A DNA stretch of 64,000 nucleotides from Felis catus. Lineage: Eukaryota. The stretch spans positions 117,120,001 to 117,184,000 of the forward strand of contig NC_058368.1 in assembly GCF_018350175.1 (NCBI RefSeq). Direction: 5' to 3'. This document shows, piece after piece, positions 50,541 to 63,284 of the stretch (its first letter is position 1; each line of letters opens with the position of its first letter). The notes under the pieces were generated by a model. It had not been told where the DNA came from. It was given only the letters and a program-made list of their open reading frames with translations, and ran no database searches. Made by a program: the position numbers and the translations under genes.

Positions 50541-52964
50541 ATGGCTGCTAAAAGGAACCACTCCAACCGCAAAGCGCTGGTTTTGTTCTGTCTTTTCCTC
50601 GGTTTGTCATGGGAGGCTGAAGCCCGGCAGATCCGCTACTCCGTTCCTGAGGAGTTAGAGAAAGGCTCTTTCGTCGGCAACATCTCCAAGGACCTGGGGC
50701 TGGAGCCCTGGGAGCTGGCTGAGCCTGGAGTCCGCATCGTCTCCAGAGGTAGGACGCAGCTTTTCGCTCTGAACCCGAGAAGTGGCAGTTTGGTCACCGC
50801 AGGCAGGATAGACCGGGAGGAGCTCTGTGGTCAGAGTGCACGGTGTCTGGTGAATTTTAACATTCTTGTGGAAGATAGGGTGGAACTTTTTGGGATAGAA
50901 ATAGAAATAACTGATGTCAACGATAATGCCCCAAAATTCCAAGCAGAAAATGTAGAGGTAAAAATTAATGAAAATGTCGCTCCAGGAATGCGTTTTCCTC
51001 TCCTGGAAGCTGTTGATCCAGACGTGGGTGTGAACTCCCTCCAGAGCTACCAGCTCAGCTCCAATAAGTACTTCTCATTAGCAGTTCAGAGTCATGCCAG
51101 TGGTGTCAAATACCCGGAGCTGGTACTGAAGCACGCCCTGGATCGTGAGGAAGAGGCACTACACCACCTGGTCCTCACTGCCTCCGATGGGGGTGACCCT
51201 CTCCTATCTGGTACAGTTCTCATCAGTGTGATCGTCTTTGATACAAATGACAATGCACCGGTCTTTACCTTGCCAGAATACCGAGTGAGTGTTCTGGAGA
51301 ACTTGCCTGTGGGCACACAGCTGCTTACAGTCACTGCCACAGACAGGGATGAAGGAGCCAATGGAGAAGTCACATATTCATTCCGAAAATTTGTTCCTGA
51401 CAAATTGTTGAAATTCCAACTAAACAAAAATACTGGGGAAATAAAATTATCAGAAAATCTAGACTACGAAGAAACAGATTTCTATGAATTAGAAATACAA
51501 GCAGAAGATGGAGGAGCATATCTTGCAATGGCAAAAGTATTGATTACAGTAGAAGATGTAAATGACAACAATCCAGAGGTGACCATCACATCTCTGTTTA
51601 GTCCCCTGATGGAAGACTCACCTCCGGGAACTATCATAGCCCTTTTAAATGTGCATGATCCAGACTCTGGACAGAATGGACAGGTCACCTGTTCCATATC
51701 AGGCAATCTACCATTTAAGTTAGAGAAATCCATTGACGGTTATTATAGACTGGTGACACACAGAACCCTTGACAGGGAACAGGTATCCTCTTACAATATC
51801 ACAGTGACAGCCACAGATGGAGGAAATCCACCCCTATTAACAGAAACTCACTTCACTGTGCAAGTGGCAGATATTAATGACAACCCACCCACTTTTTCCC
51901 ACATCTCCTACTTCACCTATATCCCAGAGAACAACCCCAGAGGTGCCTCCATCTTGTCTGTGACTGCACTAGACCCAGACAGCAAAGAGAATGCTCAGGT
52001 TATTTACTCCCTAGCTGAAGACACTTTCCAGGAAGCACCTCTATCCTCCTACGTCTCCATAAACTCTGACACAGGAGTCCTGTATGCGTTGCGAACTTTC
52101 GACTATGAGCAATTTCATGATCTACAGATTCAGGTGATTGCCACTGACAGTGGGGACCCACCTCTCAGCAGCAATGTTTCTGTGAGCATATTTGTGCTGG
52201 ACCAGAATGACAATGCACCAGAGATCCTGTACCCCACCCTACCCACTGACACTTCCACTGGAATGGAGCTGGCACCCCGTTCTTCAGAGTCCGGCTATTT
52301 GGTCACTAAGGTGGTGGCAGTGGACAAAGACTCAGGTCAGAATGCCCGACTGTCCTACCGCCTGCTCAAGGCCAGCGAACCAGGGCTCTTCGCAGTGGGG
52401 CTGCACACAGGCGAGGTGCGCACAGCACGGGCCCTGCTGGACAGAGATGCGCTCAAGCAGAGCCTGGTCGTGGCGGTGCAGGACCATGGCCAGCCCCCTC
52501 TCTCAGCCACCGTCACACTCACTGTGGCCATTGCTGACAGCATCCCAGATGTCCTGGCTGACCTGGGCAGTCTGGAAGTTCCACGTGACTCCGAAGCTTC
52601 AGGTCTAACGCTATATCTGGTCGTGGCGGTAGCCATAGTTTCCTGCATCTTCCTCGCTTTTGTCATCGTGCTACTGGCTCTCAGGTTGAGGCGCTGGCAC
52701 ACGTCGCACCAGCTCCAAGCTTCAGGAGGCGGGCTAGTGGGTGTGCCCACCTCCCCCTTTGTGGGTGTGGAAGGGGTGCGGGCTTTCCTGCAGACGTATT
52801 CCCATGAGGTCTCCCTCACAGCAGACTCACGGAAGAGTCACGCGATCTTCCCCGAGCCCAACTATGCCGACATGCTCATTAGCCACGAGAGCTTTGAGAA
52901 AAAGGATCCTTTGTCTTTGTTAGATGATTTGAAGTTACCTGTAGAAGATAACCCTTTGGTTCCA
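50541..52964 (+). CDS. PCDHGA10: Protocadherin gamma-A10 variable exon (808 codons)
   Basis: ACAATGG start, EC1-6, TM; donor CCA|GTGAGT at 52965; lies between B6 and B7. Confidence 0.88.
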
Positions 52965-53631
52965 GTGAGTTCTGGTTTTACTCTTTTTCTTTTAAGAATT
53001 ATAATTGGTTTTACTTTTAGGTTTGGCATGATAGAAAATTTTGGTCTTTATTTTTTTCACTGTTCCCTCCATTTCAGTGATATTTGTTTCTTGCTAAAAC
53101 ATTGAAGAGTAGAATTTGATGGTTATTAAGACTGATATGTTTTTATTTTCTGGTAAATATTCACGTAATTCCAATGAAGGCCTATGGTCACAAGGCTGTT
53201 ACGATTTTGCAGAGCATTCTACTTTATAGTTTTGTTGAGTACAGTACTGACAGTTCCTGAGAGTACCTCCATAAGTGTCTGTCAATTTATGTACACTTCT
53301 CTTGGCCACATGCTAAAATCTTAGCCTCTTAGGCAACCTTAGTTCTTGTTTTGAAGGCAGGTCTGGTAAAATAGGTGAATATCAGAGACAAATCCATTAA
53401 CTTCACTGGAAACAGTGAACAGGTTCCTCAGTGTTGTTTTCCCCAACGAGAAAAGCAATACACCTTTGTGGTTTTATTTTTCAAAATATACCTTGCGGTG
53501 ACAATTACAGTTGAATATACTTCCTAGAAGGATTTAAGTTTTTCATTAATATTCTACTAACAATTGTTAACAATGTGTGCTTAAAATTTTCCAAGTGTAA
53601 TCATAATTGGTAACAATACATTAGCATCCTT

Positions 53632-53834
53632 TTTTTAAAGTTTATTTATTTTGAGAGAAAGCGCATGCATTGGAGGGGCAGAGAGAGAGGGAGAGAGAAT
53701 CCCAAGCAGGCTCCATGCTGTCAGTGCAGAGCCCAACACAGAACACATGGGGCTCAGGCCCACGAACTGAAAGATCATGATCTGAGCCAAAATCAAAAGT
53801 CAGATGCTTAACGGACTGAGCTACCTAGGCACCC
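53632..53834 (-). mobile_element. CanSINE
   Basis: GAGAATCCCAAGCAGGCTCCATGCTGTCAG...CCTAGGCACCC; TAGCATCCTTTT near both flanks. Confidence 0.88.
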
Positions 53835-55083
53835 TGTAACAGTGTAGCATCCTTTTTGCTTGTGATTCTAATTTCATACTGTTATGTGGAAGACAGCATT
53901 TTAATTTGACTTTCCTTGCTCACTAGGGATGCTAAAGAACGTATAGAAGGTTAAAGTAAGCAAATTTTGGGTTATGCTGCCAGCATTTTTTGTTAAATTC
54001 TCCAAATAAGAAAAAACATTTGTACATGTGCCTAAGAACAGAAGCAAAAGATGAGTTCCAAGGGTATTTCAGTGGCTTTGTAACATAGAAGAAAGAAGAT
54101 CCACCTGGATTTATGAAAATTCTGATGTTAAGAATCAAAATAAACTAGGTCAAGAAAGAAATGTCATTTCTGTGGGAGATCTGAATATAAGCAGAGAAGT
54201 ACACAGAAGTATTCTAAACAATCAGTAAGTAGAGTTACTGATGTGGCCATTTACTTTAGTGAAGCTGGCGATGTATTTGGTTTGATATCTTACTTTTAAC
54301 TTATTACTAGTATTCTTCCAAACCAATATGGTAGCATACAGTCCAAGAATATCCTAATGTGTCTCAAAATATTTATGAGACTATGATTTTTCTCATTGTC
54401 ATCCAACATTTGTTCAACAATGGGTCTATGGAAAGAGAGCACATCCTTTAGGGTCATAGTTATTAACTTAAATCATTGAAAGTCATTTTAAATCTATCTT
54501 TGGGAGTCAAAATTATTACGCATCTATATCTAAATAATTCTGTTCTGAAAAATACAGGGTTTTTAAAAAACTACTCTTTCAGCGTGGTAATTATTGTAAC
54601 CAAATCATGTTAATTATTATATTTGAAAACAGCACAGAACACCCTAGATGAATGTAATGACTATGGGAATGACAGCCTTCTAATTTCTAAATATGGGAGA
54701 TGGACTAATGCTTTCTAGCTAAATGTAAGCTATGATTGAAGACAAAAAGATTTTTGCTTATTTTCAGTACTTACCTTTGTGGATAATTACTTTTAAAAGG
54801 AACAACAGTGATTACCTCTGGATGCAAGAACTGAATAGCAATGGGCCATGGGATGGAAGAGCTACTTTACACTCTATATTCTTTTGTGCTTTTTTGAATT
54901 TTGAAAGAGGTACTTTACTTATTCAAAGTCTATGTAAATTTTTAACATATACAACATATTATAATTTTTACCATATGAAACACGTTTCATGATGAGAATG
55001 AAAACATTGAGAAATAAGATTTAGGATATTAGCTGTTATCATCTTACATTTTAACAAGATTTCCTGAAAGAGAAAAACTAGAT

Positions 55084-55123
55084 TGCGGTTCCACACAAAG
55101 CCTCTGGGCGCCGCTGTCGGCCA
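55084..55123 (+). promoter_or_regulatory. CSE / CTCF site of the B7 promoter
   Basis: TGCGGTTCC...CCTCTGGGCGCCGCTGTCGGCCA, with CGCT at 55112. Confidence 0.9.
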
Positions 55124-55373
55124 GTACAGGGCAAGTGCTGTCGCCCGGGATTCTTCAGCCTCTAGCCTGGGTGTTCCTGCGCAGTCAACAACACAGAGTG
55201 AAGGAACCCCATACACGCAGGGGCTTCTGGCCGCGCAGACTCTCCCCAGCACACACAGATTCCCAGCCCCAAGACTGGAGGCTCTGTATGTTCTGGGCCT
55301 AATGCTACCAGTGTGATAGCGGGCACTTTTTCTAGCTAGAAAGACTGGGACCCAGCGAGAACTAGAGCGCGCA

Positions 55374-57794
55374 ATGGGAGGGAGCTGCGTTCAGAGGCGC
55401 CCGGCCGGCAGGCGGCAGGTACTGTTTCCCTTCCTGCTACCTTTGTTCTACCCCGCGCTCTGCGAGCCGATCCGCTACTCGATTCCCGAGGAACTGGCCA
55501 AGGGCTCGGTGGTGGGGAACCTCGCCAAGGATCTCGGGCTCAGTGTCCTGGACGTGTCAGCTAGGAAGCTGCGAGTCAGCACGGAGAAGCTGCTTTTCAA
55601 CGTAGACGCAGAGAGCGGGGACTTACTAGTGAAGGACCGAATAGACCGGGAGCAGATATGCAAAGAGAGAAGAAGATGTGAGTTGCAGTTGGAAGCCGTG
55701 GTGGAAAATCCTTTAAATATCTTTCATATCATTGTGGTTGTTGAGGATATTAATGACCATGCCCCTCAGTTCCATAAAGATGAAATAAACTTAGAAATCA
55801 GTGAATCTGTCACTCCAGGGATGGGAACAATTCTTGAGTCTGCAAAAGATCCTGATATTAGTACGAATTCACTGAGCAAATACCAGCTAAGCCCTAATGA
55901 GTACTTCTCCTTGGTGGTGAAAGACAATCCCGATGGTGGCAAATATCCAGAATTAGTACTGAAGAAGACCCTGGACCGGGAAACACAAAGCTCTCATCAT
56001 CTGGTGCTGACAGCATTTGACAATGGAAATCCACCACGAAGCAGCACAGCTCAGATCCGAATCCTGGTGGTGGATGCCAATGATAACCCCCCAGTGTTCA
56101 GCCAAGATATGTATAGGGTCAGTCTTCCTGAAGGTGTACCCCCAGGCACCTCAGTGGTGCAGGTGAGTGCCACTGACCAAGACGAAGGCTTCAACGCGGA
56201 GATCACCTACTCATTCCTTGGTATGGCTAATAAAGCCCAGCATGTGTTCTCTCTGGATTCTGCCACAGGAAACATTATAACTCAGCAACCCTTGGATTTC
56301 GAAGAAGTAGAAAGATATACCATGGATGTAGAAGCGAAGGACCGAGGATCCCTCTCTACCCAGTGCAAAGTAATCATAGAAGTTCTAGATGAAAACGACA
56401 ACATCCCTGAAATAATCATTACTTCTCTCTCTGATCAAATTTTGGAGGATTCCCATCCAGGAATGGTTGTTGTTCTCTTCAAAACACAGGACCAGGATTC
56501 TGGGGAAAACGGAGAAGTCATTTGTAACTTAAGTAGAGATATTCCATTTAAGATTTATTCTTCATCTAATAATTACTACAAGCTGGTAACAGATGGACCC
56601 CTAGACCGAGAACAGACTCCAGAATACAACGTCACCATCACAGCCACTGACAGGGGCATTCCGCCCCTCTCCTCCAGCACTACCATCACCTTGCACATCA
56701 CCGATGTCAATGACAACACACCGATTTTCCACCAGGCCTCCTATGTGGTCCACGTGGCTGAGAATAACCCTCCAGGAGCCTCCATCGCCCAAGTCAGCGC
56801 CTCCGACCCCGACCTAGGGCCCAACGGCCGCGTGTCCTACTCCATCGTGGCCAGCGACCTGGAGCCGCGGGCGCTGGCGTCCTACGTGTCCGTGAGCGCG
56901 CAGAGCGGCGTGGTGTTCGCGCAGCGCGCCTTCGACCACGAGCAGCTGCGCGCCTTCGAGCTGACGGTGCAGGCCCGCGACCAGGGCTCGCCCGCGCTCA
57001 GCGCCAACGTGAGCCTGCGCGTGTTGGTGGGCGACCGCAACGACAACGCGCCTAGGGTGCTGTACCCGGCGCTGGGGCCCGACGGCTCGGCGCTCTTCGA
57101 CACGGTGCCGCGCGCCGCGCAGCCCGGCTACCTGGTCACCAAGGTGGTGGCGGTGGACGCCGACTCGGGACACAATGCGTGGCTGTCGTACCACGTGCTG
57201 CAGGCCAGCGAGCCCGGACTCTTCAGCCTGGGGCTGCGCACGGGCGAGGTGCGCACTGCGCGTGCTTTGGGCGACAGGGACGCGGCCCGCCAGCGCCTGC
57301 TGGTCGCCGTGCGGGACGGGGGACAGCCGCCCCTCTCTGCCACCGCCACGCTGCACCTGGTTTTCGCCGACAGCCTCCAAGAAGTACTGCCGGATGTCAG
57401 CGACCGTCCGGAGCCCTCTGACCCCCAGGCCGAGCTGCAGTTTTACCTGGTGGTGGCTTTGGCCTTGATCTCGGTGCTCTTCCTCCTTGCGGTGATTCTG
57501 GCGGTGGCCCTGCGCCTGCGAAGCTCTTCTAGCCACGCCCCAGAGAGCTGCTTTGGGTCTGTTCGGTGTTCCAAGTCTGGACCCGAGATTACCGCCAACT
57601 ACAGTGAAGGAACATTACCCTATGCCTATAATTTTTGTGTGCCTGGGGATCAAACTAATCCGGAATTTAATTTTCTCACATCTGTTGATCATTTTCCAGC
57701 CACACAAGATATTCTCAACAAAGATAGCCCTTCGGGACTAATGACTAGCATTTTAACTCCTAGTGTTGAAGCAGATAAGAAAACTTTAAAACAG
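55374..57794 (+). CDS. PCDHGB7: Protocadherin gamma-B7 variable exon (807 codons)
   Basis: EC1 identical to B6; tail LPYAYNFCVPGDQ...EADKKTLKQ; donor CAG|GTAAGT at 57795. Confidence 0.88.
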
Positions 57795-57876
57795 GTAAGT
57801 ATTTAAAATAATGCTTTTTATATTCTAATGCCAATGTATTCCAATGGAGCATTGTTGTTTAAAGATTCTAGATTAA

Positions 57877-58215
57877 GGGGTGCCTGGCTGGCTCAGTTGG
57901 TAGAGCATGTGACTCTTGATCTCAGAGTTGTGATTTCAAACCCCACTTTGGGTGTAGAGATTACTTAAAAATAAATTAATAGGGGTGCCTGGGTGGCTCA
58001 GTCAGTTAAGCATCTGACTTCGGCTCAGGTCATGATCTCACAGTTTGTGAGTTGGAATAAAGCCGCCCTGCATTGGGCTCTGTGCTGACAGCTCAGAGCC
58101 TAGAGCCTGCTTCTGATTCTGTGTTTCCCTGTCTCTATGCCCTGCACCTGCTTGTGCTCTGTCTCTGTCTCTCAAAAATCAATAAACATTAAAAATTTTT
58201 TAAAAATAAATAAAT
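57877..58215 (+). mobile_element. Short CanSINE (57877-~57975) followed by a full CanSINE (57982-~58215)
   Basis: Two GGGGTGCCTGG heads; GATTCTAGATT occurs on both sides of the pair. Confidence 0.88.
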
Positions 58216-58844
58216 ACAAGTAATGATTCTAGATTCAATCTCTTGATAAAAATCCTAAAATAAATCTAGGTCAAACCTATTGGTATCACTGTTTAGACTA
58301 AAGTTTACGGTGCTGCAGTCATTCTACTATGCAATTTAAGGTAGAATATATAGAAACCTCAAGCAAATTTTTCATGAAAGAGAATACTTCTTATTTAAGG
58401 ATATGGAACACAATTCTATTTTTTTATATCATGGTAATTTTTAAAAGGACAGCCTAATGTCATCCAAATTTTCTCAAATGTTTCATCTTTTACTCAATAA
58501 AGAAATATTGGTAAGAATTTTAGTCATGCGCTCTGATGATTTTTTTGGAACCGAGCTAGTTCCACATCCATAAATACTGTTCCCTTCAGTTGGTAAAAAT
58601 CAATAGAAAGCAAGTCTAACCTGCAGTTGTTCAGTTCCTGTAGTATTTGAAAACATTTTTTTTAAATTAAACAATCCCTTTTAATAATTATTCCTTTTAT
58701 TAAATGCTCTTGGTAAACCTTCAATATCACATTATACAACCCTTTGTTTTGTGCAGTTTTCAGTTTTACAAATATGTGTAATTCTTGAAGAGGTGTGTAA
58801 TAACTTCTGGAACAGACACATTAAGTTGGGCTTTTCTTACTCGT

Positions 58845-58885
58845 TGCAATAATAAGATTTGGCTCTAGGCGCCGCTCTTCACCAA
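58845..58885 (+). promoter_or_regulatory. CSE / CTCF site of the A11 promoter
   Basis: TGCAATAAT...GGCTCTAGGCGCCGCTCTTCACCAA, with CGCT at 58873. Confidence 0.85.
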
Positions 58886-59105
58886 TCAGGGAATGGGAAG
58901 CTGCAAGCTGCCTTCCCTCCCTCCCCCATCTCTACAACACAAAGCAGAATAACATGGATACTCACAGATCCTGATGCTGGAAACTTAAAGTAGTTCTCTC
59001 TCTAATATATTCTGGATGCAGTCATCCTTGAACTTGGTAGATACATAAGCTGATTCAGAACAAAACAGCCCAAGAAACCAGGGAATATAAGCTCAGCTTA
59101 CTGCC

Positions 59106-61535
59106 ATGGGGAATCGGCTACTGTTTCTGGACCGCAGCGGGCTGATCCTACTATACATTTTCCTGAGGACGCTACAGGAGTCTGGGGCAGGGCACATCCA
59201 ATACTCGGTGCCCGAAGAGACAGATAAAGGCTTCTTCGTGGGCAATATTTCCAAGGACCTGGGGCTGGAACCCTGGGAGCTGGCGGAACGCCGAGTCCGC
59301 ATCATCTCCAGAGGCAGGATGCAGCTTTTCGCTCTGAATCCGCGAAGTGGCAGCTTGATCACTGCAGGTAGGTTAGACCGGGAGGAGCTCTGTGAGACAC
59401 TGTCCTCCTGTTTTTTAAATATAGAGATACTTGTGGAAGATACCCTGAAGATTTACGGAGTGGAGGTGGAAATAATGGATGTTAATGATAACGCCCCCAG
59501 CTTCCAGGAGGCAGAAATAGAGATAAAAGTCAGTGAGCACGCAACTCCAGGATCGAGATTTCCCCTTCCTAACGCTAGGGATCCAGATGTAGGAATGAAC
59601 TCTCTCCAGCACTACCAGCTCAATCCTAATAGTTACTTTTCCTTGCAAATGCGAGGCGGGATGGATGGGGCCAAGAATCCTGAACTAGTGCTGGAGGGGA
59701 GTTTGGACCGGGAAAAGGAGGCTGCTCACCATCTCCTCCTCACAGCTTTCGATGGAGGAGATCCCATCCAACAGGGTGCTGTTGCCATTCGTGTAGTGGT
59801 CCTCGATGTAAATGACCATATACCAAAGTTTACACAGTCTGTATATCAAGTGAGTATTCCTGAAAACCTCAGCTCTGGAACTCGGGTTCTCATGGTAAAT
59901 GCAACTGATCCAGATGAGGGAATCAATGGGGAAGTGGTGTTTTCATTCCGGAATATGGAAAGCAAAGCTTCTGAAATATTCCAGTTGGATTCTCAAACTG
60001 GAGAAGTTTTAATACGAGGGTCTCTGGATTTTGAGAAATCTAGATTTTATGAGATGGAAATTCAAGGCCAAGATGGTGGAGGTCTCTCGACCACTGCTAA
60101 GATATTGATCACAGTTGTGGATGTGAATGATAATGCTCCAGAAATAACTATCACATCTTCTACTAATTCAGTGCTGGAAAACTCTCCTCCAGGTACAGTT
60201 ATTGCTCTTCTAAATGTGCAAGATCAAGACTCTGGAGAAAATGGTCAAGTCTCATGTTTCGTTCCTAACAGTCTGCCTTTTAAATTAGAAAAGACTTATG
60301 GAAATTATTACAAATTGATAACAAACAGAGTGCTGGACAGGGAACAGGTCCACAGCTATAATATAACCTTGATAGCCACAGATCAGGGACATCCACCCTT
60401 GTCTACAGAAACTCACATTTCACTGAATGTAGCAGATGACAATGATAACCCACCCACTTTTGCTGACTCATCTTACTCCGTCTACATTCCTGAAAACAAC
60501 CCCAGAGGAGCTTCCTTCTTCTCAGTGATGGCACTTGACCTGGACAGCAATGAGAACTCCCGGGTCACTTATTCCCTAGTGGAGGATACCCTGCAGGGAG
60601 CACCTTTATCCTCCTATGTCTCTATCAACTCAGACACCGGCACCCTATATGCACTGCGCTCTTTTGACTATGAACAGTTCCGTGACCTGCAAGTGTGGGT
60701 GACAGCACTGGATGGTGGGAACCCGCCACTCAGCAGCAATGTTTCTGTGAGCATATTCGTGCTGGACCAGAATGACAATGTGCCAGAGATCCTGCACCCC
60801 ACCCTCCCAACCGATGGTTCCACTGGTGTGGAGCTGGCGCCCAGGTCAGCTGAGCCTGGCTACCTGGTGACCAAGGTAGTGGCGGTGGACAGAGACTCTG
60901 GCCAGAATGCCTGGCTGTCCTACCGCCTGCTCAAGGCCAGCGAGCCAGGGCTCTTCACGGTGGGGCTGCACACGGGCGAGGTGCGCACAGCACGGGCCCT
61001 GCTGGACAGAGATGCGCTCAAGCAGAGCCTGGTGGTGGTGGTGCAGGACCATGGCCAGCCCCCTCTCTCGGCCACCGTCACGCTCACCGTGGCCGTGGCT
61101 GACAGTATCCCAGATGTCCTGGCTGACCTAAGCAGCTTCGAGTCTTCTGCCAATCCCCACGATTCTGGCCTCACACTCTACCTAGTGGTGGCGGTGGCAG
61201 TTGTCTCCTGCGTCTTCCTCGCGTTTGTGATTGTGCTGCTGGCGCTCAGACTGAGGCACTGGCACGCGACACGTCTGCTCCAGGCTTCAGGAGGCAGTTT
61301 GGTTGGCATGCCTACCTCGCACTTTGTGGGCGTGGACGGGGTGCAAGCTTTCCTGCAGACCTATTCCCAAGAGGTCTCCCTCACGGCGGACTCTCGGAGG
61401 AGTCACGTGATCTTCCCTCAGCCCAACTATGCGGACATGCTTATTAGTCATGACAGCTGTGAGAAAAGCGAGCCACTCTTGATAGCTGAAGATTCAGCTG
61501 CTGGTTTAGGCAAATATGACTCCAAGAATAATCAG
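59106..61535 (+). CDS. PCDHGA11: Protocadherin gamma-A11 variable exon (810 codons)
   Basis: GCCATGG start; CETLSSC in EC1; [14 protein letters not shown]; donor CAG|GTGAG at 61536. Confidence 0.88.
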
Positions 61536-62335
61536 GTGAGATTTATTACCTACCTCCCCGTTGTTGCTATCCCTGTGCAAGGTTTTTAAGTGGCTTAAAA
61601 ACATATTTCTGGTGGGGGGATATATTCAGTTCATACATGTTTAGAGCAATACATATGAGTTCCTCTATTTTATCTTTCAACAAATTACCATCATTTTTCA
61701 GAAAAGGTTTTTCCACTCCTCTGGCATATTTTCTTTTGATTCTAAAGGTCTAGTTCAGCTACCATGGCTTGCTTTATAATAAGTTAAATTTTAGTAATAT
61801 TTTTCTATCATCAGTGTTTGTGGCTATCAATGAACTGGTTAGGATTCAAATTAATGATTCACAATTTTTTTGTTTGCCTATTACAATTTCACATTGCCTC
61901 CATTTATTTATAATTAAATTTTACCACTATTTGCTTTATTTCTAATGTTCAAATTTGATCATGTTGATTCAATGGCATACACTCTGTAGCTCTTTTCCTT
62001 ATCTATATACACATATATACAACATTTACATGTAAGTGTTTACACATGTAAGCTTGGCTCTGAGCATGAAAATTCTATTTTGAGTTTTGATGAGTGGTAA
62101 TATGTTTCAATTATGTTGATTATTTCAACTTTGTGTAATTTATTTATATTACCAAAACAGATATACTGATTGCCTTTTTACTACTAGATTCTTTTGGGAG
62201 AGGAAACGTAGAGTACACCTTTTTTCTTAAGTTCTACACATATTTTCTGTTTCTACCATGAAGTCATTTGATTGTTCTGAAGAAATAGTTGAATTGTTGA
62301 ACTGGTATTATTTTCTTTTATTCTTTTACTGGTAC

Positions 62336-62339
<4 letters not shown>

Positions 62340-62379
<40 letters not shown>
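62340..62379. repeat. (GT)n microsatellite
   Basis: About 20 perfect GT units. Confidence 0.97.
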
Positions 62380-62381
<2 letters not shown>

Positions 62382-63083
62382 AAGATTTCTTAATGTAGTA
62401 AATTCACCTGCAGAAATAATTTTGATCCAGTGCTTCTCAAAAAGTTATTTTCAAATTGGCTAAACATGCTTACATTTTTCAGATATACTAATGTGAAATA
62501 GTTTGTGAATATTTGGACTTTATGAGACTGATTTATCTGGTATTCCTATTTGGTGTTTCCTTTTTGTTGTTGTTTGTTTTCAATATGCCTATGAGTCATG
62601 GATTCCTTTTTTATTTCCTTTGAAAACTCATTTTGTAATATATATAAGTATATTCAATCCTTATATTCAGAACCAACTTGTTATTGAAACCCTGGTAGTT
62701 ACCTAATGACATATGTGTTATCTGAAACACTGCATAAGAAAGTCAAGTGAGGAAAGGAGACTTACTGAAGATATTTGAACACAGGAATCATCTCCATACT
62801 CAATTCAGCTCAGCACTCTCATACCACTTATAGATGTTTGGCCCAGGTTATTAACATATTCATGTTCCCTTTCAAGTTTTCTTTTCTCATTTAGTAATTG
62901 ACCTTAATGTATTTAGCTATAATTGAGTTTCTAATATTTTGGCAAAAAGAATTTCAACTGTAGGAAAGGGATATCCTGCAACAGATGCTTGACATTCTTG
63001 ATGTCAAGAAAAATTTTAGAGTGTTTCAAGCATGTAGGGATAAAATTTATGCCTGTGGAATTCCAAACTGAGAAAACAGATTT

Positions 63084-63284
63084 GGAGTGCCCTGGGTGGC
63101 CCAATTGGAGCATCTCACTCTTGGTTTCAGCTCAGGTTACGATCTCATGGTCCGTAGGATCGAACCCCATGACAGCATGGAGACTTCTTGAGATTCTCTC
63201 TCCTTCTCGCTCTCTGACCCTCCCCCACTCACATGTGGGTGCTCTCTCTCTCTCTCTCTCTCAAAAATAAATAAAGTTTAAAAA
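63084..63284 (+). mobile_element. CanSINE
   Basis: GTGCCCTGGGTGGCCCA...CAGCTCAGG...(CT)n AAAAATAAATAAAG; GAAAACAGA on both flanks. Confidence 0.85.
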
